Virus record (IMG/VR): IMGVR_UViG_2711768030_000006
From: a virus
Lineage: Duplodnaviria; Heunggongvirae; Uroviricota; Caudoviricetes
Length of the DNA stretch: 21,490 nt
Direction: 5' to 3' (one strand)
Shown: positions 17,270 to 21,490 of the stretch, one piece after another
How the letters are laid out: every line of letters begins with the position of its first letter
Position numbering within the stretch: the stretch's first letter is position 1
Notes under the pieces: generated by a model
What the model was told of the DNA's origin: nothing
Database searches by the model: none
What the model saw: the letters and a program-made list of their open reading frames with translations, nothing else
Position numbers and translations under genes: made by a program

Positions 17270-18001
17270 ATGCCATACATATGTTCTATCATTTTGGTGT
17301 TGAACTCGTTTGATGTCCGAATTGGTAAAGAAGATATTTTGTTTAAAAAAGGAAGTGCTGTTCTCATTGATTACAATTTAAAAGATTTTTTTTCATCAAA
17401 TATAGATCATGTAATGATCGTAGATGTTGAAGAGAAAACAGTTAATGATTTCTTTAAAAGCAACACACTCTCACCTTTTTCTGTAAGAAGGTTTTATCCG
17501 GCATACTTGATGGTGGAATGTGAAGATTTTTCATTGTTAAAGAACTTGATTGCATGCTTGAATTGTGATGGCAGAACTGTGGATTTTGTTAGAAATCAAA
17601 TATCACTTGCATGTCTTGCTATCTTATCTTCAGAGAAAATAGTGCAAAGTTTTTTATTTGGATGTCTTAATAGTTTAGGAAGTAAAGTTAAGGCTATTAT
17701 TCACACGGATATATCTGCAGCATGGAGACTTTGTGATATATCTTCAAGACTGTATCTGAGTGAAAGTCTGTTAAAAAGAAAATTAAAGCACGAAGGCTTA
17801 TCATTTAGTAAGTTAATTCTTGAAGAGCGAATGGTGATGGCGGAAAGGTTATTAAGCTACAATTTATATTCTGTTGGAAAAGTTGCTGAGATATGCGGTT
17901 ATGAAAACACGTCATATTTTGTAAGTGTTTTCAGAAGGTATTTTGGTGTTCCTCCCCATCAATATTCATCAAGATTTTTTTTAGAAAAAGACATGATGTA
18001 A
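17270..18001 (+). CDS. AraC/XylS-family transcriptional regulator (AppY/GadX/Rns-like), 243 aa from ATG 17270 (GTG at 17261 also possible)
   Basis: C-terminal double HTH (WRLCDISSRLYLSESLLKRKLKHEGLSFSKLILEERMVMAERLL...VGKVAEICGYENTSYFVSVFRRYFGVPP); AGGTGG Shine-Dalgarno 5 nt upstream; very AT-rich gene and leader. Confidence 0.85.
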   Translation: MPYICSIILVLNSFDVRIGKEDILFKKGSAVLIDYNLKDFFSSNIDHVMIVDVEEKTVNDFFKSNTLSPFSVRRFYPAYLMVECEDFSLLKNLIACLNCDGRTVDFVRNQISLACLAILSSEKIVQSFLFGCLNSLGSKVKAIIHTDISAAWRLCDISSRLYLSESLLKRKLKHEGLSFSKLILEERMVMAERLLSYNLYSVGKVAEICGYENTSYFVSVFRRYFGVPPHQYSSRFFLEKDMM

Positions 18002-18062
18002 CGTGATGCGTTTTAATGATTTTGTAATTTTCGTATTTGATAATTGTATGATGCTTTCAGCT

Positions 18063-18095
18063 ACGCCAGAATAATCGCGGCGTTTTTCTTTTTGA
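18063..18095 (+). terminator. Weak terminator-like hairpin after the AraC-family gene
   Basis: Short stem acgcc / ggcgt followed by TTTTTCTTTTT. Confidence 0.25.
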
Positions 18096-18188
18096 ATAGA
18101 TGTTCAAGCCTTACGCTAATGTAACTTCTATACCTTTCCTCTTCGTTCCGAACCGTGTACACCATCCGTTATTTGCGGAGGTGAGGCT

Positions 18189-18404
18189 ATGAAATCCATG
18201 GATAAGTTAACAACGGGCATTGCCTACGGCACCTCCGCAGGCAGTGCTGGCTACTGGTTTTTACAGCTGCTCGATAAAGTCACGCCCTCACAGTGGGCAG
18301 CAATAGGTGTGCTGGGTAGCTTGGTATTTGGCCTGCTGACGTACCTGACAAACCTTTATTTCAAGATTAAAGAAGATAAGCGCAAGGCTGCGAGAGGTGA
18401 ATAA
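18189..18404 (+). CDS. S: Class II holin of phage-21 type (pinholin S21) with dual start (71-aa antiholin from 18189, 68-aa holin from 18198)
   Basis: [71 protein letters not shown] matches S21; two TM segments; MKSM dual-start motif. Confidence 0.92.
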   Translation: MKSMDKLTTGIAYGTSAGSAGYWFLQLLDKVTPSQWAAIGVLGSLVFGLLTYLTNLYFKIKEDKRKAARGE

Positions 18405-18901
18405 TGCCTCCATCATTACGAAAAGCCGTTGCTGCTGCTATTGGTGGCGGAGCAATTGCTATAGCATCAGTGTTAATCACTGGCCCAAGTGGTAACGATG
18501 GTCTGGAAGGTGTCAGCTACATACCATACAAAGATATCGTTGGCGTATGGACTGTATGTCACGGGCATACAGGAAAAGACATCATTCCCGGTAAAACGTA
18601 TACCGAAGCAGAATGCAAAGCCCTCCTGAATAAAGACCTTGCCACGGTAGCCAGACAAATTAACCCGTACATCAAAGTCGATATACCGGAAACAACGCGC
18701 GGCGCTCTTTACTCGTTCGTCTATAACGTGGGCGCAGGCAATTTCAGAACATCTACTCTTCTTCGCAAAATAAACCAGGGCGATATCAAGGGCGCATGTG
18801 ACCAGCTACGTCGCTGGGCATACGCTGGCGGTAAGCAATGGAAAGGCCTGATGACTCGTCGTGAGATTGAGCGTGAGGTCTGTTTGTGGGGGCAACAATG
18901 A
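18404..18901 (+). CDS. R: SAR endolysin (phage-21 R-type lysozyme with N-terminal signal-anchor-release domain), 165 aa
   Basis: Gly/Ala-rich N-terminal segment [23 protein letters not shown] followed by a lysozyme domain; matches R21. Confidence 0.92.
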   Translation: MPPSLRKAVAAAIGGGAIAIASVLITGPSGNDGLEGVSYIPYKDIVGVWTVCHGHTGKDIIPGKTYTEAECKALLNKDLATVARQINPYIKVDIPETTRGALYSFVYNVGAGNFRTSTLLRKINQGDIKGACDQLRRWAYAGGKQWKGLMTRREIEREVCLWGQQ

Positions 18902-19365
18902 GCAGGGTAACCGCGATTATCTCCGCTCTGGTTATCTGCATCATCGTCTGCCTGTCATGGGCTGTTAATCATTACCGTGATAATGCAATCGCCTACAAAG
19001 AACAGCGCGATAACAAGGCCAGTGAACTGGAGAAGGCGAACGCCACCATTACTGACATGCAGCAGCGCCAGCGTGATGCTGATGCACTCGATGATAAATA
19101 CACGAAGGAGTTAGCTGATGCGAAAGCTGAAAATGATGCTCTTCGGCGCAAGCTTGATAATGGTGGTCGGGTGCTCGTCAAAGGAAAATGCCCTGTGCCA
19201 TCCTCAGCCGAAACCTCCAGCGCCTCCGGCATGGGCAATGATGCCACCGTCGAACTCTCTCCAGTTGCTGGACGAAACGTTCTCGGTATCCGGGACGGAA
19301 TTATCCGCGACCAAACAGCACTGAGAACGCTTCAGGAATACATCAGGACGCAATGCCTTCGATGA
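18898..19365 (+). CDS. Rz: Rz i-spanin
   Basis: [31 protein letters not shown]... N-terminal TM then coiled-coil; ATGA overlap with R stop. Confidence 0.9.
   Translation: MSRVTAIISALVICIIVCLSWAVNHYRDNAIAYKEQRDNKASELEKANATITDMQQRQRDADALDDKYTKELADAKAENDALRRKLDNGGRVLVKGKCPVPSSAETSSASGMGNDATVELSPVAGRNVLGIRDGIIRDQTALRTLQEYIRTQCLR
19118..19324 (+). CDS. Rz1: Rz1 o-spanin lipoprotein, embedded in the +1 frame of Rz
   Basis: [22 protein letters not shown] lipobox followed by proline-rich [11 protein letters not shown]; entirely inside Rz. Confidence 0.8.
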   Translation: MRKLKMMLFGASLIMVVGCSSKENALCHPQPKPPAPPAWAMMPPSNSLQLLDETFSVSGTELSATKQH

Positions 19366-19539
19366 TAGCGATAATTTTACTCATCATCCTTCACATCTGG
19401 CTCTGTAGACAGGGTGGTGCTCACTTCTGGAGTGAATCCAGATTAAACATCTCATTGCTGATGCTTGATATTGAGCATTTTGCGCGCGGTAAGGGGCTGC
19501 GTTGAGATAAGAGCCAGTCATTACACATACCAGGATTTA

Positions 19540-19565
19540 GCCTCGCATTCGCGGGGCTTTTTATT
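19540..19565 (+). terminator. Terminator-like hairpin downstream of the lysis cassette
   Basis: Stem gcctcgc / gcggggc (one G-U pair) with 4-nt loop followed by TTTTTATT. Confidence 0.4.
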
Positions 19566-19574
19566 GCCATTACA

Positions 19575-19600
19575 AAAGCCACTTCCTACAGAGTGGCTTT
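19575..19600. repeat. Perfect 9-bp inverted repeat aaagccact / agtggcttt with 8-nt loop
   Basis: Read directly; U-run follows on the minus strand, so it could terminate the minus-strand operon ending at 19857. Confidence 0.3.
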
Positions 19601-19856
19601 GATAATGGCTTATACCCTACACGGGATAACTTAACTGATATCCCTTTTAAAGGATAAAGGTATTCAAGCCTGACACATCATGCGCTGTATCGTCGCCGTA
19701 TTCCCGTATTAACAGAGACCGTAGCCCGACGGGGAACTCCTTCTGCGCGAGTGTGTGGGAATAATCAAAAACGATGCACACCGGGGTTACCGGGTACACA
19801 TATTTCATCATGCCAGCGAGTCCGGTTCTGGCACGGAAGAAACCGGACGTTATGAT

Positions 19857-20267
19857 TTAGTGCGGAAATATTTGTGTAGTGTTCTGAATGTTCTCAGTAA
19901 AGAGTAATGAATTATCAAAGGTATAGTAATACCTTTTGTTTTCGTGGATATTTGTAATCCATCTGAAAACCCCTGCTGTAGCAAGATTTTTCCTGTATTC
20001 GTAAAATGATAACTCTCCTGATTTGAATCCTTTTAAGGTGGCTTCTATAAGGCATTTATTTTTTGAAAATCTTACATTTACAACCTTACCCTGTCCTTTT
20101 ATTAAAACCGTATTATCGTTTTCAAGAACAAGATGAATATTCTCTGTGGCTAAATAGTAAATGTAATGTGAGACATTGTGACGTTTTAGTTCAGAATAAA
20201 ACCAGTGATAGTTTAAATTATTTCGCACTTTATCGAATATTTGTTTAAAAATGGCAACCTGAGCCAT
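19857..20267 (-). CDS. Hypothetical protein, DUF1398-like (YbcV/YdfO family), 136 aa from the SD-supported ATG at 20267
   Basis: GGAAGG Shine-Dalgarno 7 nt before the ATG at 20267; part of the remembered lambda right-end sequence; family assignment from memory only. Confidence 0.55.
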   Translation of the reverse strand: MAQVAIFKQIFDKVRNNLNYHWFYSELKRHNVSHYIYYLATENIHLVLENDNTVLIKGQGKVVNVRFSKNKCLIEATLKGFKSGELSFYEYRKNLATAGVFRWITNIHENKRYYYTFDNSLLFTENIQNTTQIFPH

Positions 20268-20323
20268 TGTAGTACCTTCCATGTGATATGAGGGGTGTAG
20301 TCTGCACGATTATCTAAATTGCT

Positions 20324-20557
20324 TCAATCTGGTCTGATCTGTTTTCTGAGCAATTCAGTAATGTCACTCTTTTCTTTGTTTGCTTCAGGAGAAACTCTTT
20401 TTTCTGAGCACAGTCTCCGGCGGCAGGCTTCAATGACCCAGGCTGAGAAATTCCCGGACCCTTTTTGATCAAGAGCGATGTTAATTTGTTCAATCATTTG
20501 GTTAGGAAAGCGGATGTTGCGGGTTGTTGTTCTGCGGGTTCTGTTCTTCGTTGACAT
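20324..20557 (-). CDS. Small ribbon-helix-helix-like DNA-binding protein, 77 aa
   Basis: Basic N-terminus then RNIRFPNQMIEQINIAL...GNFSAWVIEACRRRL, consistent with a beta-strand plus two-helix RHH fold; first gene of a two-gene minus-strand unit. Confidence 0.55.
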   Translation of the reverse strand: MSTKNRTRRTTTRNIRFPNQMIEQINIALDQKGSGNFSAWVIEACRRRLCSEKRVSPEANKEKSDITELLRKQIRPD

Positions 20558-20743
20558 GAGGTTGTCCCGTATTCAGTGTCGCTGATTTGTATTGTCTGAA
20601 GTTGTTTTTACGTTAAGTTGATGCAGATCAATTAATACGATACCTGCGTGATAATTGATTATTTGACGTGGTTTGATGGCGTAGATGCACGTTGTGACAT
20701 GTAGATGATAATTATTATCATTTTCGGGTCCTTTCCGGCGATC

Positions 20744-20767
20744 CGACAGGTTACGGGGCGGCGACCT
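20744..20767 (+). other. cosN: cohesive-end site with 12-nt overhang GGGCGGCGACCT (20756-20767)
   Basis: Lambda right-end sequence ...GATCCGACAGGTTACG immediately followed by left-end GGGCGGCGACCTCGCGGG. Confidence 0.9.
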
Positions 20768-20944
20768 CGCGGGTTTTTGCTATTTATGAAAATTTTCCGG
20801 TTTAAGGCATTTCCGTTCTTCTTCGTCGTAACTTAATGTTTTTATTTAAAACACCCCCTGAAAAGAAAGGAAACGACAGGTGCTGAAAACGAGCTTTTGG
20901 GCCTCTGTCGTTTCCTTTCTCTATTTTTGGCCGTGGAATGAACA
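20768..20944 (+). promoter_or_regulatory. cosB region (terminase-binding R elements / IHF site) including a 16-bp perfect inverted repeat at 20863-20921
   Basis: agaaaggaaacgacag (20863-20878) and ctgtcgtttcctttct (20906-20921) flank a 27-nt loop, followed by TATTTTTGG; lies between cosN and Nu1. Confidence 0.7.
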
Positions 20945-21490
20945 ATGGAAGTCAACAAAAAGCAGCTGGCTGACATTTTCGGTGCGAGTATCCGTACCAT
21001 TCAGAACTGGCAGGAACAGGGAATGCCCGTTCTGCGAGGCGGTGGCAAGGGTAATGAGGTGCTTTATGATTCTGCCGCCGTCATAAAATGGTATGCCGAA
21101 AGGGATGCTGAAATTGAGAACGAAAAGCTGCGCCGGGAAGTTGAAGAACTGCGGCAGGCCAGCGAGACAGATCTCCAGCCAGGGACTATTGAGTACGAAC
21201 GCCATCGACTTACGCGTGCGCAGGCCGACGCACAGGAGCTGAAAAATGCCAGAGACTCCGCTGAAGTGGTGGAAACCGCATTCTGTACTTTCGTGCTGTC
21301 GCGGATCGCAGGTGAAATTGCCAGTATTCTCGACGGGATCCCCCTGTCGGTGCAGCGGCGTTTTCCGGAACTGGAAAACCGACATGTTGATTTCCTGAAA
21401 CGGGATATCATCAAAGCCATGAACAAAGCAGCCGCGCTGGATGAACTGATACCGGGGTTGCTGAGTGAATATATCGAACAGTCAGGTTAA
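20945..21490 (+). CDS. nu1: Terminase small subunit Nu1, 181 aa
   Basis: Full-length match to lambda Nu1 (MEVNKKQLADIFGASIRTIQNWQEQGMPVLRGGGKGNEVLYDSAAVIKWYAERDAEIENEKLRREVEELRQASE...); stop at window end. Confidence 0.95.
   Translation: MEVNKKQLADIFGASIRTIQNWQEQGMPVLRGGGKGNEVLYDSAAVIKWYAERDAEIENEKLRREVEELRQASETDLQPGTIEYERHRLTRAQADAQELKNARDSAEVVETAFCTFVLSRIAGEIASILDGIPLSVQRRFPELENRHVDFLKRDIIKAMNKAAALDELIPGLLSEYIEQSG

Noticed and set aside
18993-19247. 84-aa minus-strand ORF antisense to Rz
   Set aside because: Antisense to the Rz/Rz1 overlapping genes; no support
20880-21426. ORFs 20880-21086 (+), 20921-21385 (-), 21064-21426 (-) around Nu1
   Set aside because: Overlap cosB and the well-supported Nu1 CDS in other frames or antisense

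Overview
This window is the left host junction plus about 20 kb of a mosaic lambdoid prophage integrated at the E. coli lambda attachment site next to ybhC. All homology calls below are from reading the ORF translations and motifs against remembered protein sequences; no database search was run. Order along the + strand: ybhC (-); attL core GCTTTTTTATACTAA with P' arm; int-xis-orf55 (-); an AT-rich non-lambda island with an oppositely oriented 3-TM membrane protein; a TraR/DksA-like zinc-finger gene and small ORFs; orf63, orf60a, exo, bet, gam, kil, cIII, ea10, ral, orf28 (all -); sieB (+) converging on N (-); nutL; a phage-434-type immunity region (OL operators, an exported-protein gene coupled to cI, cI, OR, cro); lambda-type nutR, cII, O with ori iterons, P, ren, tR2, ninB; a rearranged nin region (NinD-like, DUF2591-like, startless fragment, rusA, ylcG); a short 82/DLP12-type Q antiterminator and tR'; a three-gene accessory (moron) cluster between Q and lysis (Blc-like lipocalin lipoprotein, DUF523/DUF1722 cysteine-rich protein, AT-rich AraC/AppY-like regulator); a phage-21-type lysis cassette (dual-start pinholin, SAR endolysin, Rz with embedded Rz1); an RHH plus DUF1398-like pair (-); cos with the GGGCGGCGACCT cohesive end; and the Nu1 small terminase. 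The most interesting candidates for undescribed function are the insulated membrane-protein island (2830-3880), the exported protein co-transcribed with the repressor (9202-9606), and the Q-to-S accessory cluster (15242-18001). The integrase also appears to carry a 22-residue in-frame deletion relative to lambda Int.
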